Source: Octopus vulgaris
Lineage: Eukaryota
Direction of reading: 5' to 3'
NCBI GenBank assembly: GCA_951406725.2
Contig: OX597815.1
Location: forward strand, 75,392,001-75,456,000
Length of the DNA: 64,000 nucleotides
Shown here: positions 15,194-28,556 of the stretch, piece by piece
Layout: each line of letters opens with the position of its first letter
Numbering within the stretch: position 1 is the first letter of the stretch
Notes under the pieces: model-generated
The model's database searches: none
Seen by the model: the letters and a program-made list of their open reading frames with translations, nothing else
What the model was told of the DNA's origin: nothing
Translations under genes and position numbers: made by a program

Positions 15194-16114
15194 TATCAGT
15201 AATAATATAGGGTGAAATTAATTAATTTGGAATAATCATTAATTTCACCAAGTAGATTTCGGCATGTAAAAGCCTCATTCGAGGAAAGTTTAAGTAATAC
15301 TAAGTAATTAAGGGTTTAGCAACCATTTGCCTCACCACACACCGAATTTAGAAATAGCAGTCAAAGAGTTATAGCTATTCTTTCTACTAAAAGGGAGATC
15401 TCAGTAAAACCACAGCACTTGAAAGGCAAACACAGACAGGCAAGAGAGAAAGAAATGACGGCAATCTATCATACAATTTTAAGTCACCTACGTTTCGAAA
15501 TTAAGTTTTAGGAAAGCATAAGAATTAGATAATTATGTCTTACCCAACTTTCCTCGAATGAGGCTTTTACATGCCGAAATCTACTTGGTGAAATTAATGA
15601 TTATTCCAAATTAATTAATTTCACCCTATATTATTACTGATAACCATATTTCATCCCAGTAAATAACCACAACATCTTGTCTTGGCTGCACGCTGGTGGG
15701 AGGGGGTTGGTGACACAAACTTTCATTCACACTTTGAATTTGGTGATACTGGTAACGGCTTTAGCTCGCTCTGATACTGAGTTGAGATGATGTCTTCTAG
15801 TACCTCGAAATTTAATATACAATTATTCATAATTGTAGTGTCCTACGCTGATGAGAAAAGAAGTTGGGTAAGACATAATTATCTAATTCTTATGCTTTCC
15901 TAAAACTTAATTTCGAAACGTAGGTGACTTAAAATTGTATGATAGATTGCCGTCATTTCTTTCTCTCTTGCCTGTCTGTGTTTGCCTTTCAAGTGCTGTG
16001 GTTTTACTGAGATCTCCCTTTTAGTAGAAAGAATAGCTATAACTCTTTGACTGCTATTTCTAAATTCGGTGTGTGGTGAGGCAAATCGTTGCTAAACCCT
16101 TAATTACTTAGTAT

Positions 16115-16117
<3 letters not shown>
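15194..16117. repeat. Interleaved double inverted repeat A-B'-A'-C-B between (TA)n tracts; probable PLE pseudo-LTR rearrangement
   Basis: A (15194-15290) is the reverse complement of A' (15546-15642), 97 bp. B' (15294-15550) is the reverse complement of B (15861-16117), 257 bp with one mismatch seen. Confidence 0.92.
15842..15928 (+). ncRNA. Hammerhead ribozyme-like motif with long stem II and palindromic ACGU stem III
   Basis: Canonical CUGAUGA at 15848-15854. Stem II is GAAA/UUUC extended by AAGUU/AACUU and UAAGA/UCUUA, followed by GAAACGUA. The stem I register is ambiguous (CCUACG/CGUAGG). Confidence 0.55.
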
Positions 16118-16167
<50 letters not shown>

Positions 16168-16526
16168 CATTTTATCTCTATCGCTCTCTGTTTTACTCTA
16201 CTCCTTTCATTTATATTTTACTTTACCTTGACTCCTCAAATCCTCATGGTATCGCAGGGCCGTCGTCGAAATTGTCATGAACATCTTAAGATTTGGCAAT
16301 GTCCATCCTCTGGGTCAAACTTTTCAAAGAAAAATAGAAAGGAAGGTGGAATCAAAGAGAAGAATCGACTCTTGTTCAAGCTTTGCACTTTATTTATAGA
16401 CACCAGAATGATGAAAAGCAAAGTTTTACTTGGCTGATAATTGAACCCAGTGCGCAAAGAGGTAGATCGATTAAAGCAAGGAATTCTAACTTCAACTCGA
16501 CCAATTCGCTGTCTTCTATATATTTT

Positions 16527-16615
<89 letters not shown>

Positions 16616-17345
16616 TTGTCTGTCTGTCTCTGTCTCTCTCTCCCCACCTCACTTTCTCAGTATGTATGTATATATATCGTCTATGTAGTAATATATATAA
16701 TCTATCTAGCAGCATAGTGTCTTCTCGTTTGGAGAAGGTTCTCTCTGTTGCGAAAGTAATATGCACTATTTTAGCGTTTAGCATCCAGAAAACATGTAGC
16801 ATCTATTTTTCCCTCCATTATCCAAATTTTTTGCTGGATATTTAAAATTTTTTTATCAATTCATCTTATTGAATATTAGTCTTACTAGCTTTCTCTCACC
16901 GCTTTTGCTTTTAGAGTAGTCTGTTAGACACAATGCAAGGCTTCTACAGCACAGAGCTCGTTTTCTGTCTATTATATAAAAAGACTTTCTGTGTGTAGCC
17001 TTCTTTGCAAGATTGTTTTAACAACGTTGTAGGACCTCTAGAGAGAGCAATGTACCGAGGCTCTTACATGCACAACCAATGACATATATAAATTAGCATT
17101 GGGTTCCTAGATCCGTGCAGCTTCTTAGCAGTTGTGCAGTGTCTTACATCGACATCGACAGAGTCTGGGCCAGAATGATTAGCAGAAAGAGAAATGGAGA
17201 TAGAAACGAATAGATTTAATTAGAAATGTATGCACAGGTGTTAACTTATCAGTATGATCATTGGAGTTTTATATAAATTCTGTTCGAAGTTGATACTAGA
17301 TTATCTAGGAATAGTACTTGCGGTAGATTTACATATTATGTAGAA

Positions 17346-17520
17346 CAGGAGTTCTCAACTAATTTTTATCTATAGACCCCTTTGATTACTATTTTATTCC
17401 GGTGGACACCCCCACCGCAGCCTCATGGTCATTCGATGTTTAAAAACTAGCTTTATAGAAACGTTTTTTAAATTTCTTATTTTGTATTTCACACATTAAC
17501 ATGTGTAGGTTGAACTATGT
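17346..17520. mobile_element. Partial copy of the same hAT MITE family
   Basis: CAGGAGTTCTCAAC...CCTTTGATTACTATTTTATTC...CATTCGATG..TAAAAACTAG aligns to the reverse complement of 47640-47805. Confidence 0.7.
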
Positions 17521-18135
17521 AAAATGTTAGAGAACTATGTAAAATTTCTTGAAATAAATAGAGAGAAAGAGAAAGGTGGAGACAGAGATTTGTCTTTTGA
17601 TTATTTAATGCCATGTAAGTGGAGCTAAGCATAGCACTTTTAGAAACTGGAGACGCCTAGACATGAATCAACGAGGGAGTCTCTATGAGTTCATTCAACT
17701 TGTGAGAAATAGTTGGACATGGTAGCTTAAGCATAAACATTTTCAAGCTGATCCTGCTTGGAGTGTCTTTGATTATAGAATCAGCTTCATAAGATCTGAC
17801 TTGCGTCAAAAGAATAACAAAGTTTAGATGTGAGATTTATTAAAAATATCATATAGCTTAGTCGGTGAAGGAAGGGTAACGCCTATTACCTTTCGAAGGA
17901 CCTTCGAGAATGGGGTTAGGGAAAGAGGAAGTTATCATTAAACGGGGAGGGTGCTGATCCAAAAGCTAACAACAGAGTGGACTCTGATAAGGTCATGAGG
18001 GTTAAGTGGGGCTAAATCAGGTAACTGGGATTTCTTTTTCTAAGCGTTTTGATGTCTCTGTAAGTATGGCAGTTAATCTAGATTATCTTACCACTAGATT
18101 AGGTGCAATGTCTTCTGAAAAAAAAGTTATCTACA

Positions 18136-18635
18136 GACGCAAGTACGGTTGTGTGGTTAAGAAGCTCGCTTCCAGCCATGTGGTTTCACTTTCAGTCCCA
18201 CTGCGCTGCACCTTGAGCAAATATATTCTACTATAGCCACGGGTCAACCAATGCCTTGTGCTCGAGTTTGGTAGATGAAAACTATGGAAGCCAATCATGT
18301 AATATAATGTGTGAGTGTGTGTGTGTGTGACTGTGTGTGTGTGTGACTGTGTGTGTGTGTGTGATAGAGAGAGAGAGTGTGTGTGTCTGTATGTGTGTGT
18401 GTGTGTGTGTGTGTCCCCATGAGCGCTTGACAACTGGTTCTGGTTTGATTAAGTCTCCATATCGGTGCTGGTTTACGTTCCCGTAAATTAACGCTTCGGC
18501 AAAAGATTTCGATAGAAATGTTACCACTCCTAAAAACTAAAAACATAATTTATTGAAGTCGATTTGTTCGACAAAATCCCCTCAATGCGGTTTCCCAACA
18601 TGTTCGCTGTCCAATGACTGAAAGAAGTAATTGAT
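18136..18635 (+). mobile_element. tRNA-derived SINE
   Basis: Same head, body and tail as the 9151 family. Confidence 0.8.
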
Positions 18636-19099
18636 AAAGGGCAATCGCATATATCCAACAGAGACAGCAACGGCAGAAGGATTCTCCATGTGAGTGCTCT
18701 GCCTGCTAGAAATAGCAACAATTTTCCATCAAGCCATACCCCGCTGTCTTAAAAGTAGGGGCGTTATTGTACAATGTAGTGTAATATAGAAAGATGTAGT
18801 GGTTACGGCTTGAGAGCTTTGATCATAAGACTTCTTGCTTACGGTCAGCCGGGTGGGGTCACTGTCACTACCACAAGCAACTACAACCATAACAGCAACA
18901 ATAAGATAAGCAATAATAAAAAAAAAATAACTACAAAAATGATAACAGCTTTAACAATAGCAAACAGCAACAAAATCAATAGCAATTATCACAAACGTCG
19001 CTCTATTGTTAAAGTTTATGAACGAGATTTTTTTCTTTTTGATTTCTCGCCAACATGAACAATAACAACAACCAGAAGCAACAATAAAATAAAAACAGG

Positions 19100-19151
<52 letters not shown>

Positions 19152-19288
19152 CATATGTATATACATGTGTATATATTATAATATATAATATATAATATAT
19201 AATAATATTTAGTAATGCATCTTTTATATCATATATATATATAATAATGAAATATATCATAATATATCTTATCTTATATATTTCGTAA

Positions 19289-19387
<99 letters not shown>

Positions 19388-19477
19388 TATAATAATAATA
19401 ATATTAATAATAATAATAATGATGATGATGATGATAATAATAATAATAATAATAACAATAATAATAATAATAATAAC

Positions 19478-19541
<64 letters not shown>

Positions 19542-20198
19542 GCAATAAGAAGAAGAGGAAGTAGAGGAGGAAAGGAAGAAGAAGAAGAAGAAGAACAACA
19601 ACAACAACAGCAACAACAACAGCAACAAAAACAAGGGCAACAATAAATATCATCTACCTTGAGAAGCGAGATTGTGCCCTATCAACAATATTGACTTCAA
19701 CTCCTAATGTCGCTACCACAACTATCACCACCACTAGCACCACTACAACCACTATCACCACCACCACGAACAAGAGCAGCAACAACAACGTCAATACTAC
19801 TTTCGTTATTACTAATACTACTATTACTAACAGCACGAAAGAGAGGAGGTTGTACTCAACTACGGCTGAATGGGTCAACACAACAAAAACAACGATAACT
19901 AGTATAATTGGAACAATAGCCCCAAAACATCAATCAACACCCAGCAAAACACAAACAACAGTGACAATAACTATAGAAACAACAGGAACTACGATTGCTG
20001 AGTTAGGTAGAAGGCAGAGAAGAATAAATACAGTAAAAGGCGGAAGTTGTTAAGCAGCTTTTTCGCCATTGTGAAAACGGAAGAGCATTGATTTTACTGT
20101 GATATTTATTACAGCGAGACATGTTTACACGCATATATGTATATTATACAGGTAAGTTAGTTCGTCGATACACAAACACGCATGTGAGTGTGGGGTGT

Positions 20199-20311
<113 letters not shown>

Positions 20312-20333
20312 TGTATGTATGCATGTATGTATG

Positions 20334-20370
<37 letters not shown>

Positions 20371-20495
20371 CAGTTAACCTGATGAAAATCTATAGATATA
20401 TGTATGTATTTATATATCTATGTAAATGAAGCATATAGGTGAGTGGGAATATGTGTGTCTGTGTATCTATCTACCTCTCTATCTCTCTCAAACAC

Positions 20496-20559
<64 letters not shown>

Positions 20560-21285
20560 GATATAAATAATATATATGTATGCTTATATACATATGTATA
20601 TGTACATACATCTATACGTATATATATATATGTATATATATGTATATGTGGGCACAGGACGTCACGAAACATGTACAACAAAAAAGTACGAAGTACGAGT
20701 ACATGGATTATGAACTATTCTCTCGAACAACGGAAGACACAAATGGAAAACAAAACAAACAACATAAAGAACGACCCTTCATCAGTTGTTGGATTTTTTT
20801 CTAGTCTCGTATTTCGAGCATTTCAACAATATACGCTTTCAATAACACATTTGCTCCCGCAAAGCAAATTAAATAAGATTTGGGATTTTGCGGAGGGCCA
20901 AAATTTGTAACACAAACAGGACAGTGAAAACAAACAGGAAAGGCTGTTAAGCCTAAACAGGGTTGTGGTGGCGAACAGGGGAAAAACAAGAACACTTCTT
21001 CCTTGTTCCAGCTACAACGGGGAGAAAGAGAAAAAGATGGCCGATAGTCACGTGGAAGCCACGTGAGCAATGGAGGAGGAGGGAGGCAGAGTGACAGAGT
21101 AATAGGATAGATGGGTGGGAGAAGAGGAGGTAAAAGAATAAGAGAGAGAAAAAAGAGAAAAACAAAAGAGTAAAAAGATCGTATAGAGTGCTCATCAGAA
21201 TTATTAAGATGAAACTTACATGGAAGGGGATGTGTGACATTCAATCATATAATAATATAAATAATATATATATGCATATATACAT

Positions 21286-21450
21286 GGTGCAGGAGTGGCT
21301 GTGTAGCAATTAGTTTGCTTCCCATCCACATCGTTCCGGGTTCAGGTCCCCTGCATGACACCTTGGGCAAATGTCTCCTATTACAACCTCGGGCCGACAA
21401 AAGCCTTGTGAGATTTGGTACACAAAAATTGAAAGGAACCTGTCGTATAT

Positions 21451-21483
<33 letters not shown>

Positions 21484-21685
21484 ATGTGTGTGTTTATGTC
21501 CCTCCACCAACGCTTAACAACCGATGCTGGTGTGTTTACGCCCCCGTAACTTAGCGGTTTGATAAAAGATACCGATAGAATAAGTATTAGGCTGGCAATG
21601 AATAAGTTCTGGGGTCGATTTGTTCGACTAAAAGCAGTTCCCCAGCATCGCCGCAGTCAAATAATTGAAAAAAGTAAAAGAATAA
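21286..21685 (+). mobile_element. tRNA-derived SINE abutting the Tc1
   Basis: Same family. Ends AAGTAAAAGAATAAA. Confidence 0.85.
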
Positions 21686-23070
<1,385 letters not shown>

Positions 23071-23077
23071 TTCAAAA

Positions 23078-23108
<31 letters not shown>

Positions 23109-23190
23109 TACGCATGTGTATACATATACATACATTTATATATGTATCATATATTATATATATTATATTTTACATATACTATATACATAC

Positions 23191-23244
<54 letters not shown>

Positions 23245-24198
23245 CATATGTAAAATGTAATATATATAATATATGTGTGTGTGTGTGTGTGTAGGTATGC
23301 GTATATGAGAGAGATAGTTTTAATGCATATATGTATTCATGCAAACATTCACATGTATTATGTATATATGCATGCATGTATGTATGTGTATCATATATAC
23401 ATACACGTATACATACATGTATGTATGTATATGTATATATATGTCTGGATGTTTTGTTGTCCCTTTTTGTATCATCTAACTATCTGGATGTTTTGCGTTC
23501 TTGTCCCATTTTTCCATTCCTTTTTATAAACACATGGTGGCGTACGTACACCTTGATCTCTCTCTCTATATATATATACACATATACCCAATGATACATA
23601 TGTGTGCATATGTGTACACACACAGACACACACGTATTTTTGCATTGATATATAAATATCATTGATATATAGTTCGCTTTATATAGTATTGTTGATTCTG
23701 GTGCATTATCTGTTATCTTTCTAATGTATACAATTGATGTGAATTTATATTTTAATCGTTATAAATAATAAAACGAGACTTCCAACACATTTGTTTTATA
23801 TCCTACACAACTGTATTTTTGACGACACATATAGTTAACTCTAAAGATAGGACATATTGGTCATGAATTGTTTATTGTATCAAATAAACATGCATAAGTG
23901 GTGTGAGTATGAAATAATAGAAATTTTTACAAATGCCTGGAGATTATCTAGTTAAGTTCCTTTACGTCCTGGGTTCCAATTTCGATGGCGACGTATTTGA
24001 ATTTCATCCAATTGTGGTCCATAAAGTAAGTACCAGGCGTAGACTGAGACGATTATGCCCACTAAATGTCTCCTCCCTAATCGTTGCCTTTAGAAATTAA
24101 TAAGATTTGAACGAGCAGAAACCATTAAAATGAGCACCAATTATTATACTTAGCTTCCCTTCTTAACATTGTGTGGTGATGGTGATGTTGTTCGTAGC

Positions 24199-24275
<77 letters not shown>

Positions 24276-24449
24276 GTTTGGTAGTTATAAAGTGGTCGAC
24301 TCTATTGAACATATCTGTTTACCAGATAAAAACTGAATTTTCACCTTTCTAAAAGATGAATTAGAAGGAGCGTTAGTGTCAGAGTGAATGTCATACGTGC
24401 TTAGTTGTTCTCTACATAAATACTATTGTTACTATTGTTCTTCAAACGA

Positions 24450-24780
24450 GTGCAAGATGCATTTCTCCATGCACTTCCAGGAATCGCTACCCCCTATTAG
24501 CTTTGGTAGTTCCAAATTTTCATATTGTGTTTCTACCAAGTAATTGAATAGACTTCATTTTTTATGAGGGTGCAGAAATCTCCAAATTACAGTATTCAAT
24601 ATGGCTGTTTTTCGGCTTGACAGCAGTGGCCAGCGAACCCACTCCATGTATCGGCTATGAACGATATCAATGGATGGCTCATCAGTTCAGTATCAATGGA
24701 TCAGTTCTGACTGATCTATTGGTTCCCAAGAACTGGATATTAATGAATCGGTAATAGCCACCCCTTAAAACAGAACAAAT
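24450..24780 (-). mobile_element. Old RTE-like LINE remnant
   Basis: The minus strand encodes FAGHCCQAEKQ (~24608-24640), matching the 41.3-kb RTE motif. Boundaries are approximate. Confidence 0.5.
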
Positions 24781-26027
24781 TACAGTGACTTTGTGCGACA
24801 GAGTGACAAAATCTTCAGAGCCTCAGAAAAATTGCCTTGCGGTACTTGTTCCGGGTATCTATGTTTATAACCTCATATTCCGCTGAGGTCAGCTTTGCTC
24901 TCCATCTTTTCGGAGTTGATAAAATAAAGTATTAGCCAAATACTGGGGTTTATGCAATCGACTAATTCCCTCCTTCTATAAAATACTGAATTTGTGCCAA
25001 ATTTTGAAAGAATCATCATCATCGTCGCCGACGCCGCCATCGTCGTCGTCATCGTCACCGTCATCGTCGTTGTTGTTGTTGCTGTTATTGTTGTTATTGC
25101 TGTTTGTTTTGTTTAGCTATCAATAATGTTCTTTTCTTTCCCACAGTTTATCACAGACTCTCAAGAGAATTTGGTGTACAACAACAGAAACAATCCTGTA
25201 TGCCAATTTGATTTTCTAGCCGGGAGTTAATATCATTGGCGGCCAAAATTATATTGACCCGTTTATTCTTGTAAAACAATGCCGTAGAAAAATCATGTTA
25301 AAGCAATATCGAAAAATGGATATTAGTAGAACAATTATAGCGAATAAGAATTTAGACAAGATTCCTAAAGAACGATGAATTGGGATTTATGTAGAGAACA
25401 GAACTAGTTTATGCAACCTATGACATACGAAAGGATTTCGTCTGACCTAAGAGCACATAATAGGAAATTTAACCAGCTGCAACCGAGTTTTCCTTTTTCT
25501 AATTGACTCACATGACCACACCGATGAATTATGAATGATGTCTTGATACTTGCTAGAGATTCTGTTTTGTTCCAAACCGAATACTGTTATATGCGAATCC
25601 TGGGAATATAGGTCTACTTTGTTAACATATATTAGATATTCTCAATGTATGTGAACTTTTACATTTGGAATCGTTTAAATTTGTAAATATAAAAGTATTA
25701 CCTTTTTTTAACAAGAAATCCACGCAAGATATCTGCTCGGAGAAGAAAATATAATTCATTCTGATAAATATGTAATTTGTCAATTCTTTCATGCTTAAAT
25801 ACAGTTGACAGGCAAGTAATTTGCATAGGATATTTAGTACTAATCACCCCTTTTAATATTCTCTGCGTAGTGATGCTTCTTCAGATTTAGTGGCTAAAAT
25901 GCATGAGATAATCTACAGATTAGTAAATATCAGTAACAGTGAAACAGGAAAAACTATCATCACATTGCTATAAAGTCAATAGGAAAGTTTGGAAATAGCA
26001 ATAGTAAATGGCTAAAAACCATTACCA

Positions 26028-26184
26028 GGCGTGGCTGTGTGGTAAGAAGTTTGCTTCTCAACCGCATGTTTCTGGGTTCAGTCCCACTGCATGGTACTTT
26101 GGGCAAGTGTCTTCTACTATAGCCTTAGGCTGACAAATGTCTTGCGAGTGGATGTGGGGGACGGAAACTGAAAGAAGCCCCTCG

Positions 26185-26215
<31 letters not shown>

Positions 26216-26380
26216 ATATGTTACATTACTCAATAGCCAGATAACCGAAGAGATGGTGTTGTGGATTTCTACTCCGGCATCTGAAACTCAGAGTTTTATC
26301 TTGACTATTGAGTAATGTAACATATTATTTTATAGATAAATTTCCTCTATTTACATAATATTGAGGTCTCGTTTTTACCA

Positions 26381-26451
<71 letters not shown>

Positions 26452-26620
26452 TGTGTGTGTGTTCTCCACCACCACCACCATAACTTAGCGGTTTGGCAAA
26501 AGAGTACTATTGAATAAGTACCAAGCTGAAAAAGAGGATAAGTACTGGGGTCAATTAGTGCGACTAAAATTCCCCACTATGACCGCAGTCTAATGACTGA
26601 AACCAAGACGAAAGATAAAA
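26028..26620 (+). mobile_element. tRNA-derived SINE carrying a fold-back insert in its internal (TA)n
   Basis: Same family. Insert at 26212-26381. Confidence 0.8.
26240..26300 (+). ncRNA. Type I hammerhead ribozyme-like motif inside a fold-back insert
   Basis: GAUAA-CCGAAGA-GAUG...CAUC-U-GAAA-CUC(A)GAG-UU-UUAUC. Stem I is extended by a 25-bp inverted repeat (26212-26236/26305-26329). Confidence 0.6.
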
Positions 26621-26699
26621 AATTATCCATTACAACACATTACGTACCACGACTTTGAAATTATACAATGTTATCTGTATTATTGTGAAGGTAGGGAAT

Positions 26700-27520
26700 C
26701 TGATGCTACCCATGGATTAAAATGTCCAGTTTCAGCAGCTTAGGTTGTATAAAAAAATCAGAATATAGGAGCTTGGTTTATTTCTGCAATGAAGACTGGG
26801 TTAATTGTGAGTCAGTGCTGGAGAGTGCGTTTGCATTGCATAAAGAGGCGGCCATTTTCCTTGAAAGCAAAAACGTGGATGTTTTACATTTTTGTGATTC
26901 TTATTCGCTTTCAACCTTGGCAATACCATTTAAACAACTTGTATTAATAACTTCAATCAAAACAAAAAATCACTTGATACATAAGATAAATATCATAACA
27001 TGGTATTCGAAAGGAAATTGCAACTGAAAGAATAGCAGCTTCAAAAATGAAATTGCAAATCCTTTTCCCGGTTTTCAAAATAAAATAAAACTAGGATCCA
27101 CGCATTTTTATGAATATGGTCCAATAATTAAGAAAAGATATCGTTTTACTGATTTTCGTTTGCATGCTAATGAGTTCAATCTGTTTGCTTCTTCATTTGA
27201 TGTGAAAGTGGATACTGCATGAGAAAATTATGAAAAGGAATTGATTGAAGATGTGTCAGTGCCTGACTTGTATATAAAATATAGTCACCCAAATGGGAAT
27301 TATCCTAAATTAGTTATCCATACAAAAAAAAGATGACATCATTGTTTGGCAGCACTTATCGGTGTGCGCATTAATTATTTTCCATAAGTGAAGTACACTA
27401 AGAAGTATTTAAAAAGAAAACTATTATGTCCGTCTGGATATTGTTTTGTTTATTGACTGGTATCAACAAGTCGGGTACGCGATATCGGGGATATTTCAAG
27501 CAACAAACAGTATCAAGTTT
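26700..27520 (+). mobile_element. hAT (Charlie/GTF2IRD2-like) transposase remnant
   Basis: LVYF...W....VL..AFAL.KE..IFLESK, FNLFASSFDVKVD, and YPKL...SLFGSTYRC resemble the hAT C-terminal dimerisation region. Confidence 0.65.
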
Positions 27521-28556
27521 CACACTGATTTATCGACTGTTTGCATTATTATTTATCATTTTCTTTCTTTATTATACCTTATTTGTAACCTTTTAATACC
27601 TCGTTTTTATATTTTTTTTATATCTTAAAGGTTCGTTTCAATAGATTCGAAAGATACCGATTAAATTTTGTTCCTTGATTACTGGTAGGCATCCTTCAAT
27701 GAGTAAAAGAACTTACTTTCTAATATGCATCATTCATTGAGTTGACTAAAAATAAAATTTCATGTATTTAAATGGCTAGTTTCAATAGGCAGACCCACAA
27801 AATAAAAATATGAACTCGATTCTATCCGCAGAATGTAGAAAAGGTTATAAAAGTTAAACATGGTTCGAAACGTCAGATTTCTCAACTTTATCAAAACAGA
27901 GTAACTCATTCCGTTTTGTGAGCATTTCGTACTTATTTACCGATGCAGACCATGAATAGCGTCCTTGAATTCTTCTGTTTTATTTTATAATTACATACAG
28001 ATCTCTTAAACACAAACACACAGGGACATCTAATAAATACACAGATATCTTTCGTAAGATTTAGAAAACTGATGACTTATTTATTTCTGCTGCGCTTAGT
28101 AGTAGAGTTAAAAAGAAAAACTTTATATCTGGAAGTTGAAGTTTCTCAATGATCTTTAAAACTGTTATAATTCACAAATATCAAAGAAATAAATTTCGTA
28201 GTCAATGTTACAAGCGAGAATAAATAACATTTTATATTAAGTGTCCAGCATGAACGAAACAAATAAATTCTAATGCCTGATCTTGTTTGCTTTAAATCAA
28301 TCCCCAATCATAAAATTAAATGAAGAAATGAACCTGTGAAGTATATGGGCTCTCTTTTTTTTAATTTTATGAAAGTTTGATGTTTTTCTCTTATTATTTC
28401 GGTAAATAAGGGATACAAAGAGGGATTTCTACTTCGAAGTGGACAGCTAGAAAAATAAGGAAACAAAAGATTATTTGAGAAAAACCCATGGGTAGAGAAG
28501 CAGCTACAAATTTGAAATTAAAGATAAAAATTTTGGTCTTTCTTCAATTCACAAAA

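Noticed and set aside
15551-15590. Hammerhead-like CGAAUGA-GGC..GCC-GAAA in segment A'
   Set aside because: The core is non-canonical, stems I and III are unconvincing, and the motif is not preserved in the related 40.5-kb cassette.
27820-27880. GAAACGTC box with an upstream CCGCAGA; a similar decayed motif lies at 382-421 on the minus strand
   Set aside because: The first core box is too degenerate to call.
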